Source of the DNA: Candidatus Eiseniibacteriota bacterium
GTDB lineage: Bacteria > Eisenbacteria > RBG-16-71-46 > CAVPCR01
Assembly: GCA_963823555.1 (NCBI GenBank)
Contig: CAWGMA010000004.1
Coordinates: forward strand, 320,001-384,000
DNA: 64,000 bases
Direction: 5' to 3'
Shown here: positions 29,761 through 39,460 of the stretch, one piece after another
Numbering within the stretch: position 1 is the stretch's first letter
Layout of the letters: each line of letters opens with the position of its first letter
The notes under the pieces: generated by a model
Told to the model about the DNA's origin: nothing
Databases searched by the model: none
Seen by the model: the letters and a program-made list of their open reading frames with translations, nothing else
Translations under genes and position numbers: made by a program

Positions 29761-30810
29761 TCAGAAGACCTTGCCGATTTGAATGTTGAAGACGAATCCA
29801 TTGGTCCATCGTTGCTTCTGGTCGAGTTCATCCAGGCTGACCCGGGCATACCCGGCGCGAACGGCGCCGGTGAGCACCCAGACATCGGCGCGGGCCGTGG
29901 CCCCGATGGCCGGGCCATGAGCGAGAACGACGTACTCGGTCACGTTCCGGACGAACTCCGATCCGGCCACCCACCCGAGGAAGGGACCGACATGGCCAGC
30001 CGTGGGGATCCAGGGAGGGAACCAGGAGACGGTCACCTTGGTGGTGACGTCCGCCAGGTCGCCGAGGGAACTGTCGCCGGCGGGCTGCCAGCCCACGCCG
30101 AGATCGAGCCGCACCTCCGCCTTCTCGATCACGAGATCCACGGTCGGGGTCGCCAGTGTGAACCCCCCCGCGTCGAGCACGCCGTATCCGACCTCGAGGC
30201 CGAGGGCGAGCAGGGGGGGCTCGACCTTCTCCTCGATGATGTACGAGGGTGACAGGGCCGGGGGCGCGGTGACCGGGGACTCGGTGGGAGCGAAGGGGAT
30301 CACACGCTCGTCATAGCTCGCCACGTAGACGCGGAGCCCACGCTCGCTGGCGGCGAGTCGCGGCGGCAGTGTCGTCACCCGCTTCCTCTTCAGGTGGTCC
30401 AGCCCCCACAGATTGCGCGCCATCGCCACGTCGACATCGAGGCGGTGATTGTCCTTCCGGGGATGAGCGCGCCAGTGTGTCGTGTCGGCCGTGGCCTGCA
30501 CGAAGAGCCACTGATGGGGTTCCAGCTCGGACACGAGCGCTCGCAGGCGTTCAGCCTCGGCCGCTGGCAGATCATCCGAGCCGCCGAGCGAGAATCCGTC
30601 GAACCAGTGTTCATCGAGGGACACCCGGGCGAAGAGGTGGATCCCGTCGCTGTCGACTCGGGTGAGTTGTTCGGGAATCTCGTCGTCGGCAACCAGCGGG
30701 AGATCCGCCCTGGCGGACCCGGAAAGAAGGGCGATGGCGGCAGAGAGGAGAAGCAGACCGATGGCGGCCGGACGGTCCGGCTGCAGAAGTCGCGGGTGGA
30801 CGCAGATCAT
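29761..30810 (-). CDS. Exported hypothetical protein, probable C-terminal outer-membrane beta-barrel
   Basis: Signal peptide ending SARA; Pro-rich linker; amphipathic strands ending FVFNIQIGKVF. Confidence 0.6.
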   Translation of the reverse strand: MICVHPRLLQPDRPAAIGLLLLSAAIALLSGSARADLPLVADDEIPEQLTRVDSDGIHLFARVSLDEHWFDGFSLGGSDDLPAAEAERLRALVSELEPHQWLFVQATADTTHWRAHPRKDNHRLDVDVAMARNLWGLDHLKRKRVTTLPPRLAASERGLRVYVASYDERVIPFAPTESPVTAPPALSPSYIIEEKVEPPLLALGLEVGYGVLDAGGFTLATPTVDLVIEKAEVRLDLGVGWQPAGDSSLGDLADVTTKVTVSWFPPWIPTAGHVGPFLGWVAGSEFVRNVTEYVVLAHGPAIGATARADVWVLTGAVRAGYARVSLDELDQKQRWTNGFVFNIQIGKVF

Positions 30811-30949
30811 GGCGCCTTCCTGGGGCACGGAATGGGGGAGAGCCCTGGCGCGACGATGAGGAACCGGGCGAGATTCTATACCCGCTCCCGGACGGGCTGG
30901 CAAGGGGTCTGATAAACGGTTGGCGTCGCTCCTGTTGCGCTTCCGGGCC

Positions 30950-32902
30950 CTAGGCTGGCAGCCACTGGCGCCGCCAGGCCTGGAACATGAGGATGCCCCA
31001 CAGGATGCCATCCAGCTTGCGCTCGCCGCGCAGGTGGGCCTGCCAGGTCTGGCCGACGCCATGCGGCGCGAAATAACCCTCGGATCGGAGGTGTGCCGGA
31101 TCGAGCAAGTCCTCGGCCCAGTCGCGCAGGGGTCCCCGGATCCACTCGCCCACCGGAACCACGAACCCCATCTTGGGTCGCTCGGTCAGCTCTCGCGGCA
31201 CGTGACGGTGGAGCACTTCGCGCAGGATGTGCTTGCCGTTCCCGCCCCCGAGCTTGTACTCGAGGGGCAGGCTCCATGCGAACTCGATGACCCGGTGGTC
31301 GAGGAGCGGGACGCGGGCTTCGAGGCTGACCCCCATGCTTGCGCGATCCACCTTGACCAGGATGTCGTCGGGAAGATACGAGGAGAAGTCGCGAAACATC
31401 ATGCCTTGCACGGGCTGCGTCAGTCCCGGTTGCCGGGCGGGGTCGGTGAAGATGCTCGGCGGCTCGTGACCGCCCTGGACCAGATCAGCCACGTTTCTCC
31501 TCGGGCTGACGATATGCAGATGGGCCAGCTCCTCGCGTTCGATCTCCAGCAGTTCTCCGAGGACACGCACGCGATGAACCGGCAGGTCGCTGAGCCACCC
31601 CACCGCCCTGGTGCCTCCGGTCCGGACACGCCAGCGATCCGCCCCCTGGCCCGCCTGCTTGAGAAGAGGCGCCATGCCCTTCTTGAACCACCGCGGCAGG
31701 CGCTGCCTCAGCCGAAACACCTCTGCCGCGTACAGGTAGTGTGGGTAGCCGCAGAACAGCTCATCACCGCCATCGCCGGACAGGCTCACCGTGACATGCC
31801 GCCGAGCCAGCTTGGAGACGAGGTAAGTGGGAATCTGCGAGGAGTCGGCCAGGGGTTCGTCATAGAGCGCGGGTAGCAGGGGCACGACATCCAGCGCCTC
31901 CTCGGGCGTGACATACAGCTCGGTGTGATCGGTGCCCAGGTGCTGGGCGACGCGGTTGGCGTACTTCGCCTCGTTGAAGCGTTCTTCCTTGAAACCGATC
32001 GAGAAGGTCTTGACCGGCTGGGGCGACAGCGATTGCATCAGGGCCACGATGGTGGAGGAATCGATGCCGCCGGAGAGGAAGGCGCCCAGGGGCACGTCGG
32101 CGATCATCTGTCCCCGCAGAGACTGCACGAGCAGGTGCTCGAGCTCATCGGCCGCTTCCTGCTCGCTCCCACGGAAGGTGCGTTCCTGGGCTCCCAGCGC
32201 TGCTTCCCGCGCGTTCCAGTAGCTATGGGACTCGCTTCGCCTTCCCCCTTCGCGTACCTCCATCCAGTGGCCGGGAGCCAGCTTGGCGATGTGCTTGAAG
32301 ATGGAATAGGGAGTCGGAATGTAGCCGTCACGCAGGAGCAGGGTCAGGGCTCCGCGATCGATCTCCGGATCGAAGCTCGGGTACCGGTGCAGGGCCTTGA
32401 GCTCGGAGGCGAAGACGAAGGAGTCGCCGAGCCGCCCGTAGTACAGGGGCTTCTCGCCGGTCCGGTCACGGGCGAGGATCAGGCGGCGTTCGGCGTGATC
32501 CCACATCGCGAAGGCGAACATGCCGACGCATTTCCTGAGCGCGGGTTCGATTCCCCACCGCTCGCAGGCCTCGAGCAGGACCTCCGTGTCGGAGTGGCCG
32601 CGAAAGGTCGCGCCCTCGGCCTCGAGATCTCGTCGCAGCTCCCGGAAGTTGTAGATCTCGCCGTTGAAGACGATGGTGAATCGTCCCGCGGCCGAGCTCA
32701 TCGGCTGGTGACCTTCCCGGGACAGATCGATGATCGAGAGCCGGCGATGACCGAGCGCGACGCCGGCACCGGGATCCAGCCAGATGCCCTGATCATCGGG
32801 ACCGCGGTGGGCCAGGGTGTCGGTCATCGCCTCGACCACCCTGCGAGCTTCCTCCCGCGCCCCTGAGTCCGCAGACTGGAAGAACCCGCAGATCCCGCAC
32901 AT
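30950..32902 (-). CDS. asnB: Asparagine synthase (glutamine-hydrolysing) family amidotransferase
   Basis: MCGICG N-terminal nucleophile, HRGPD, FNGEIYN, LSGGIDSS, SGDGGDELF, KVDRASM, RPKMGF. Confidence 0.95.
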   Translation of the reverse strand: MCGICGFFQSADSGAREEARRVVEAMTDTLAHRGPDDQGIWLDPGAGVALGHRRLSIIDLSREGHQPMSSAAGRFTIVFNGEIYNFRELRRDLEAEGATFRGHSDTEVLLEACERWGIEPALRKCVGMFAFAMWDHAERRLILARDRTGEKPLYYGRLGDSFVFASELKALHRYPSFDPEIDRGALTLLLRDGYIPTPYSIFKHIAKLAPGHWMEVREGGRRSESHSYWNAREAALGAQERTFRGSEQEAADELEHLLVQSLRGQMIADVPLGAFLSGGIDSSTIVALMQSLSPQPVKTFSIGFKEERFNEAKYANRVAQHLGTDHTELYVTPEEALDVVPLLPALYDEPLADSSQIPTYLVSKLARRHVTVSLSGDGGDELFCGYPHYLYAAEVFRLRQRLPRWFKKGMAPLLKQAGQGADRWRVRTGGTRAVGWLSDLPVHRVRVLGELLEIEREELAHLHIVSPRRNVADLVQGGHEPPSIFTDPARQPGLTQPVQGMMFRDFSSYLPDDILVKVDRASMGVSLEARVPLLDHRVIEFAWSLPLEYKLGGGNGKHILREVLHRHVPRELTERPKMGFVVPVGEWIRGPLRDWAEDLLDPAHLRSEGYFAPHGVGQTWQAHLRGERKLDGILWGILMFQAWRRQWLPA

Positions 32903-33037
32903 GCAGCTCAGACTAGCACTTTTGCGCTTGAAGAGTCAGGGGAAGAGGAACCACACTCTCCCCGATGTCGGAGTTGGATGTCGAGAGAGTCGAGCAAGAG
33001 CCAGGGTGGAACCAGGGCGGGTGAAAACCGAAGCGTC

Positions 33038-34351
33038 ATGCGGATCCTCATCGTCAATCACCGCTTCTTCGTCTCCGGAGGACCCGAGCGCTACCTGTTC
33101 TCGATCACCCGGGCGCTGGAGAGCCGTGGCCACCAGGTCGTGCACTTCTCCATCCGCTACAACCGCAATCTGCCCAGCCCGTTTTCCGCGGACTTCGCCG
33201 CGCCGCCAGTCAGCGCCGATCATGTCTACTTCGCCGACAGCAAGCTCGACACGCGCCAGAAGCTCAGCTTGTTCGGGAGGCTCCTCTTCAACCGGGATGC
33301 CTACGGCCGGTTACGCAGGGTGATCGCGCGCGAGAAGATCGACGTCGTCTACGTGCTCCAGGGGATCCACTTCCTCTACGCTCCCGCCGTGCTTGCCGCC
33401 CACAGGGAGAACGTGCCGGTCCTCTGCCGGATGAGCGATTTCCAGCTCCTGTGTCCGGCCTACGTGTTCTTTCGTGACGATCACACTTGCGAGGAATGTC
33501 GTGGCGGGCGGCACCATGCCATCCGCTATGCCTGTGTCCAGGGGTCCAGGGCCGTGAGCGCCGCGCGGGTGGCGGCCATGGGATTCCAGGACCTGCTCGG
33601 CATCAACCACAAGGTCTCCGCCTTCGTTTGCCCCAGCCGCTTCATGGTCGAGAAGATGATCGCGTTCGGGTTCGCTCCGGAGCAGGTCCATTACCTGCCC
33701 ACATTCAGCGACCCGACGGCGTCCCCGGTGAGGGAGAGCGGAGGCTTCGCGCCGGCGGGTGGATCCGCCGGTGCTCCCTACATGCTCTACGTCGGGACCT
33801 GGTACCGGTACAAGGGAGTCCACACGCTGGTGCAGTCCTTCGCGCGGATGCCGCACACGGTCGGGCTCAAGGTCGTGGGTGGGGCCGGTGAAACGGAGGC
33901 GAGGGATCTGGCCCGGATCGCCGCCGGGACCGGTCATCCTGGGATCGAGTTCCTGGGGTTCGTCCACGGGCCCCGGTTGGAGGAGCTGTACGCGAATTGC
34001 CTGGCCGTGGTCCTGCCCTCGATCTGCTATGACAACTTCCCCAATGTGATCCTCGAGGCCATGGAGCACGCCAAGCCGGTGATCGCGAGCAACCTCGGGA
34101 GCCTTCCCGAACTGGTTGAGGATGGGGCCACGGGGCTCCTCTTCGCTCCCGGCGACACGAACGATCTGGCCCGGCAGATGCAGCGGCTACTGGCGGACCC
34201 CGATCTCGCCCTGGCCCTGGGCCGCGCCGGCAAGAAGCGCGTGGATGGCGAGTTCACTCCCGACCCGCACCTCGAGGCGTTGCTCGCGTTGATGGAGACG
34301 GTGGTGAGGGAGAGAGGCGCCGGCCAGTCGCCGGCGCCAGGTCAGCGGTAG
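33038..34351 (+). CDS. Glycosyltransferase family 4
   Basis: MRILIVN...GGPERY, KGVHTL, PSICYDNFPNVILEAM, KPVIASNLG. Confidence 0.92.
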   Translation: MRILIVNHRFFVSGGPERYLFSITRALESRGHQVVHFSIRYNRNLPSPFSADFAAPPVSADHVYFADSKLDTRQKLSLFGRLLFNRDAYGRLRRVIAREKIDVVYVLQGIHFLYAPAVLAAHRENVPVLCRMSDFQLLCPAYVFFRDDHTCEECRGGRHHAIRYACVQGSRAVSAARVAAMGFQDLLGINHKVSAFVCPSRFMVEKMIAFGFAPEQVHYLPTFSDPTASPVRESGGFAPAGGSAGAPYMLYVGTWYRYKGVHTLVQSFARMPHTVGLKVVGGAGETEARDLARIAAGTGHPGIEFLGFVHGPRLEELYANCLAVVLPSICYDNFPNVILEAMEHAKPVIASNLGSLPELVEDGATGLLFAPGDTNDLARQMQRLLADPDLALALGRAGKKRVDGEFTPDPHLEALLALMETVVRERGAGQSPAPGQR

Positions 34352-35007
34352 GTTGCCTTGATCGTGCCCCAGGTCGCGGGCTCGGTGGCCGTCGTCTGGG
34401 CGGGATCACAGGCATCACGCCCCCCGGAACCGACGCAGATCCTTCCCAGTCTCTGCTGGCCCTCGGGCGTATTGGCATCGATGTAGTCGAGCTGCGCGTT
34501 CGTGCAATCGAGAACCGCGGTGCCGTCCGGGTAGGTCGATTCGACTTGCCGCAGACACCCGTTCGCTCCGCTCAGAAAGAACATCCGTCCGATCACGGCC
34601 AGCGCCGGCCCGTTGATGCAATTGAACGCCGTGGCGATGGTCCCGGCGGTTGGACCGCCGGGATCGTGCGGTTGCACGGCGAAGATCTGGTTCACCTGGC
34701 AGTCCCACGCCCCGCCCATGAACACCCATCCCGCATCCCACGCGAACGCCGTTTCCAGCGCGTGGACATTGTCGTAGTTCATGAGGAGGAGATAGACGGT
34801 GACGGGCGAGTCGGCCGCGACATTCACGGCCGGACGATGGCCGAGACAGTCGACAGGTAGGTAGCCGGAGCAGGGATTCCCGGTCCCTTCGGCGGCGTGC
34901 AAGGGAAGGGTGAAGTCCGGGTTGGGTCCGGAGACCGCGGCCTGCGGCCCGATCAGGAGCAGGGCCGAAATCAGTAGCCCGAGGACGAAGAAGGACTTCG
35001 TGTCCAT
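34342..35007 (-). CDS. Secreted Cys-rich hypothetical protein with C-terminal WGxIK motif
   Basis: Signal peptide, eight Cys, ends TEPATWGTIKATYR; SD GGAGG. Confidence 0.75.
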   Translation of the reverse strand: MDTKSFFVLGLLISALLLIGPQAAVSGPNPDFTLPLHAAEGTGNPCSGYLPVDCLGHRPAVNVAADSPVTVYLLLMNYDNVHALETAFAWDAGWVFMGGAWDCQVNQIFAVQPHDPGGPTAGTIATAFNCINGPALAVIGRMFFLSGANGCLRQVESTYPDGTAVLDCTNAQLDYIDANTPEGQQRLGRICVGSGGRDACDPAQTTATEPATWGTIKATYR

Positions 35008-35313
35008 GGCAACACCTCCCGCGCAGGGCCCCGCGCGGGCGATCTGCACGGCACGGAGCCTGTGCGCCACCGATAAGCCTAGCGCCGCCCAACGGCGGTC
35101 GTCAATCCGGCTGTCGTTGATGGGTAGGATCCCCCGGGTCGGTGTATCAAAGCCAGGGTTGCCCCGTCCCATCTATGGTGAAGCGAGCCGCGCGCCCCCG
35201 GTCCGCCCGCGTAGCCGTCGATGCCGTCAGATGCAACTCCCCCGTTCCCCTCAGCGGTCGTGGCCATGGGCGCTGGTCGCCGATGCACCGTCCGAGCTGC
35301 AGGATGAGGAAGG

Positions 35314-38300
35314 ATGCTGATCATGTACGCTACGCGCACAGCTCAAGCCCCGGACCGATGCCCTGAGCTGGCAGGACTCGCCTGGCTGGCCATGGCCGCC
35401 CTGCTACTCCTCGCGGCGTCTCCGGCCGCCGCGCAGTGGAGCCCCCAGAGTCCCGTTCCCACCTTCCTGGATGTCCGTGGCGTCGCCGCGCCCACAGCGC
35501 AACGGGTATTCCTCGCGACCGACGACGATTCGTTCGATGAGGGGGGAGCGCTCTTCGAGTCGGCCGATGGCGGGTCGAGCTGGACGCAGCGCGATGTGCC
35601 CTTCAGTCTGAACGATCCACTGAACGGGATCTTCTTCCTCGACAGCCAGAACGGCTGGACCTTCGGCAATGCCAACTACCGCACGACCGATGGCGGCACG
35701 ACGTGGATCGAGCTCCCGTTCCTGGGCTCGACCTACTTCATGGAGTTCTACACACCGACCTTCGGTCTGGCCACCGGGAACTTCGGTCGCTACGTGAGCC
35801 GTGACGGCGGCCTCACGTGGGAGATCTCCCCCGACGGCGTGTTCGCCTTCGACTTCGTGGATGCTCAGAATGGGCTCGGTGTCTCGAGCCTTGGCATCCA
35901 TCGGACGACCGATGGCGGTGCCAGCTTTGCCCTCGTGGCGCCCGGGGACGGTCTCGCCGTGGCCTATCTCTCGACCAGCGTCGCCGCCGGCATCGTGGAT
36001 GGCACCTTCATGCGGTCGACCGACGGCGGGGCGTCATGGACGGCCGGGGTGAGCGCCGAGGGTCGCAGCCGGCTTCTGGCGCTGTCCGCCGATGTCGTCA
36101 TGGCGTGGGGCCGGAGCGGGGTGTTCCCCGACCATGACGACCGTTTCTTCCGCTCCGCTGACGGTGGCCAGACCTGGACCGACCTCGGTGAGGTGATGAC
36201 GGAGGGCGCGGGGGGCTTCGCCGTGGCGGATCCCCAGGTCGTCGTCGGGTCCGATCTCCTCGGCAATGTGTTCCGTTCCGGCGATGCCGGTCTGAGCTGG
36301 ACTCAGGCCTTCACCTCTCCCGGACCCCGGCCCAGCTTCCTCGGCAGCACGCGCCCGGTGTTCGCGGATGCCCAGGCCGGCTATTTCGCCTTCGGTGCCG
36401 GCTACGTGATCAAGACGACCGATGGCGGCGCCACCTGGACGCAGGTCTCGAGCGGGACTGGACGGGCCCTCGATGACATCGACCGTTTCCCGAGCGGTGA
36501 TCTGATCGCGGTCGGCGAGAACGGGACCCTCCTGACCAGCAGCGGCGTGACTCCATGGCTTCTCCAGGAGGCGCCGACGGCGCTGAACCTCCGCGCGGTG
36601 CAGGTCGTGGGCCCGACCGACGTCGTCGTCCTGGATGAGGATGCCCGCGTCTACCGGAGCGCCGATGGTGGGTCGACCTGGACCGCCGCGGCCGCAACAC
36701 CTCCCGGTCTCGATGGTGCCGATCTCTACTTCACCGGTCTCCTCGACGGGTGGGTGACAGGCACCGGCTTCTCTGGCGCGGCGCTGTTCCACACGACGGA
36801 TGGGGGCGACTCGTGGACTCCCGTTCCCGACTTCGCGGGGGTCTACGTCGCCGTCGACTTCGCGGGCGAGAGCGGCTGGGCGGCGAATGTCGGAGGGCGC
36901 CACTACCGCACGACCGACGGGGGTGCCACCTGGACGCAGGGCGACCTTCCCGGATCCCCGCTTCAGATCAGCGACATGGACTTCTTCGATGTCAGCATCG
37001 GCTATGCGGTCGGCTCCTGGGGCTACGCGGCTCGCAGCGATGATGGGGGCATGACGTGGGAGATCCTGCCCACCCCCAACGGCAACGACCGGCTGACCGA
37101 CATCTACTTGCTCGGTCCCAACGAGCTGTGGGTGAGCACCGCCAATGACGCCGCCTACTACACGGCCACGGGCGGTCAGACCTGGGCTCTTCTCGATATC
37201 GGTGCGGCGGGCTTCGGTTCCTTCGCGGCGATCGCCGCCACGCCGCAGGGTGACGCCTGGACGGTGGGCGATCGGGGGGCCATCGAGCACTTCGTCGGGC
37301 CGCCGCCCCCGCCGCTGAATCAGCCCCCGGCGGCGTCCTTCACCTTCCTCACGACAAGGTTGACGGTCGCCTTCACCGATACCAGCATCGATCCCGACGG
37401 CACGATCATCAGCTGGGCCTGGGATTTCGGTGACAGCACGACATCGGCGGAGCAGCACCCGACCCACACCTACCTGGAGGCGGGCACCTACATCGTGCGC
37501 CTGACCGTGACCGACGACGACGGGGACGCCGGCACCGCCGGGAGAATCGTCGTCGTCCAGCCCGGCCCTGGCGGTACGTTCGGCGACTTCACCGAGGTGA
37601 CCCCCTTCGATCCGCTGTTCGTGACGCCGCAGGACGAGGACTTCTGGGTGGCCACGACCTCGGCCGCCGACTTCGACAACGACAACGATCTGGACATTGC
37701 GGTTCTCGGTTACTACGTGGTCTACAACACGAGTGTCGAGGAGCGCCTCGTTCTCCTCCGCAACGACGGTCTGGCGGGCCCCGATGAGTGGGAGTTCGCC
37801 TACATCGACGTGCCTCTCGGGGACCTCAGCTCGGGCGCTTCCGATCTGGCCTGGGGCGACGTGGACGGCGACGCCGATCAGGACCTCGTGGTCGGCACGG
37901 ACGGCGAGACGGTGATCTATCGCAATGACGCCGGCACCCTGGTCCTCACTGACACCATCCTCCCCGGGTACTACGAGGAGAACTTCCAGGCCTACTTCGA
38001 CCTGCGTTCCATCACCTGGGCCGATGTCGACAACGACAGCGACCTCGACCTCCTGCTTCCATCCGTTTTCGACTTCAACACGTTCAGATACCGCACCGCG
38101 CTGATGCTCAACCAGGGTCCCAACGGGACCGGAGGCTGGGTCTTCACCGAGACCGATTCCGTCTTCGCGGCCACCGCCCACGCCCAGAGCGCATGGGCGG
38201 ACTTCGACGACGATCAGGATCTCGATCTGTTGCTCATCAACCAGGCGCCGCTGACCAGCGGTGGGTTCATCCGTCGCTACCGCAACGATGGTGGCGGCAC

Positions 38301-39441
38301 CTTCGTCGGCGAGGACATCCTGGGTACGGTCACCATCGAGCGCGGCGAGGCGCAGTGGGGCGACGTCGACGCCGACGGGGATTTCGACGTTCTGGTGGCG
38401 GGAAACATCCGCGAGCCCGACGGGTCCTTCAACGAAGTGCTACGCATCTACCGCAATGAAGCCGACGTGTTCACGCCCTTCGAGGTGATCGACTGCGTTC
38501 CTTGCGAGGGCTGGTTCGACCTGACGGCGGCCACCTGGGCCGACTACGACTCGGACGGCGACATCGACATCCTCCTGACCGGTACCTACAACAGCGGCTC
38601 GCAGATCGAGGGCCGGGCCAAGATCTATGTCAACGACGGCGGCGTGTTCGTCGACTCGGGCAACGATCTCCCGGCGCCGCGGGCCAGCGGGACGCGTGGC
38701 GGCACCTTCACCTGGCTCGATATCGACGGGGAACAGGACCTCGACTACTTCATCGCCGGGGAGTACTTCGTGCCGGGCGGCAACGGCCTCATCGAGGCGC
38801 AGATGCATCTGTACCGCAACGATTCCGGCGGGATGAACGCGGCGCCGTCAGCACCCTCGAACCTGGCCGCCATCGTCGGGGAAGGCGGCGTGGTTCGCCT
38901 GACCTGGGATCCGGCCGGCGATGATCATACGCCGAGCACCGCGCTGACCTATGATCTCGATCTCTACCGGAACGGAGTGCCGGTAGCCAGTCCTCACCGT
39001 CTGCCGGAGCCAGGCAGTGTGAGCGCCGTCCAGGAGTGGGTTCTGACCGGGCTGTCCGACGGTGCCTATGCCTGGACGCTGCGCGCCGTCGACAGCGCCT
39101 ACAACGGCGGCCCCCTGGCCCAGGGCCTGTTCAACGTGGGTACTGCCGCATCCGTGGAGGAATCCGCCGAGCTGCCGCGCGCCTACGCCTTCGATCGCAA
39201 CTACCCGAACCCGTTCAACCCAGCGACCACCTTCCGCTTCGCCCTCCCCGAGCGCGCGGATGTCGAGCTCGCGGTCTTCGATCTCGCCGGACGACTCGTG
39301 GCCCGGGTCGTCAACGAGACGCTGCCGCCTGGAGTTCATGAGATCCGCTGGAATGCGGGCGATCTGGCGAGCGGAGCCTACTTCGTTCGCCTGTCGACCG
39401 CGGAGTTCACCAGGACCCGGCGCGTGCTGCTCCTCAAGTAG
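35314..39441 (+). CDS. Large secreted protein: Ycf48/BNR beta-propellers, PKD, FG-GAP repeats, FN3, FlgD/T9SS-like tail
   Basis: Many (T/S)xDGGxTW Asp-boxes; WDFGD...THTY PKD; W(A/G)D(F/V/Y)DxDxDxD(L/I) repeats; APSAPSNL; NYPNPFNP...LASGAYFVRL. Confidence 0.9.
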   Translation: MLIMYATRTAQAPDRCPELAGLAWLAMAALLLLAASPAAAQWSPQSPVPTFLDVRGVAAPTAQRVFLATDDDSFDEGGALFESADGGSSWTQRDVPFSLNDPLNGIFFLDSQNGWTFGNANYRTTDGGTTWIELPFLGSTYFMEFYTPTFGLATGNFGRYVSRDGGLTWEISPDGVFAFDFVDAQNGLGVSSLGIHRTTDGGASFALVAPGDGLAVAYLSTSVAAGIVDGTFMRSTDGGASWTAGVSAEGRSRLLALSADVVMAWGRSGVFPDHDDRFFRSADGGQTWTDLGEVMTEGAGGFAVADPQVVVGSDLLGNVFRSGDAGLSWTQAFTSPGPRPSFLGSTRPVFADAQAGYFAFGAGYVIKTTDGGATWTQVSSGTGRALDDIDRFPSGDLIAVGENGTLLTSSGVTPWLLQEAPTALNLRAVQVVGPTDVVVLDEDARVYRSADGGSTWTAAAATPPGLDGADLYFTGLLDGWVTGTGFSGAALFHTTDGGDSWTPVPDFAGVYVAVDFAGESGWAANVGGRHYRTTDGGATWTQGDLPGSPLQISDMDFFDVSIGYAVGSWGYAARSDDGGMTWEILPTPNGNDRLTDIYLLGPNELWVSTANDAAYYTATGGQTWALLDIGAAGFGSFAAIAATPQGDAWTVGDRGAIEHFVGPPPPPLNQPPAASFTFLTTRLTVAFTDTSIDPDGTIISWAWDFGDSTTSAEQHPTHTYLEAGTYIVRLTVTDDDGDAGTAGRIVVVQPGPGGTFGDFTEVTPFDPLFVTPQDEDFWVATTSAADFDNDNDLDIAVLGYYVVYNTSVEERLVLLRNDGLAGPDEWEFAYIDVPLGDLSSGASDLAWGDVDGDADQDLVVGTDGETVIYRNDAGTLVLTDTILPGYYEENFQAYFDLRSITWADVDNDSDLDLLLPSVFDFNTFRYRTALMLNQGPNGTGGWVFTETDSVFAATAHAQSAWADFDDDQDLDLLLINQAPLTSGGFIRRYRNDGGGTFVGEDILGTVTIERGEAQWGDVDADGDFDVLVAGNIREPDGSFNEVLRIYRNEADVFTPFEVIDCVPCEGWFDLTAATWADYDSDGDIDILLTGTYNSGSQIEGRAKIYVNDGGVFVDSGNDLPAPRASGTRGGTFTWLDIDGEQDLDYFIAGEYFVPGGNGLIEAQMHLYRNDSGGMNAAPSAPSNLAAIVGEGGVVRLTWDPAGDDHTPSTALTYDLDLYRNGVPVASPHRLPEPGSVSAVQEWVLTGLSDGAYAWTLRAVDSAYNGGPLAQGLFNVGTAASVEESAELPRAYAFDRNYPNPFNPATTFRFALPERADVELAVFDLAGRLVARVVNETLPPGVHEIRWNAGDLASGAYFVRLSTAEFTRTRRVLLLK

Positions 39442-39460
39442 CGGCCAGCCGCGGACGATG

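Noticed and set aside
30950..32902. Lasso peptide cyclase
   Set aside because: Full glutaminase domain with N-terminal Cys is present, no precursor or B protein nearby, and the neighbour is a glycosyltransferase, so glycan amidation or Asn synthesis is more likely
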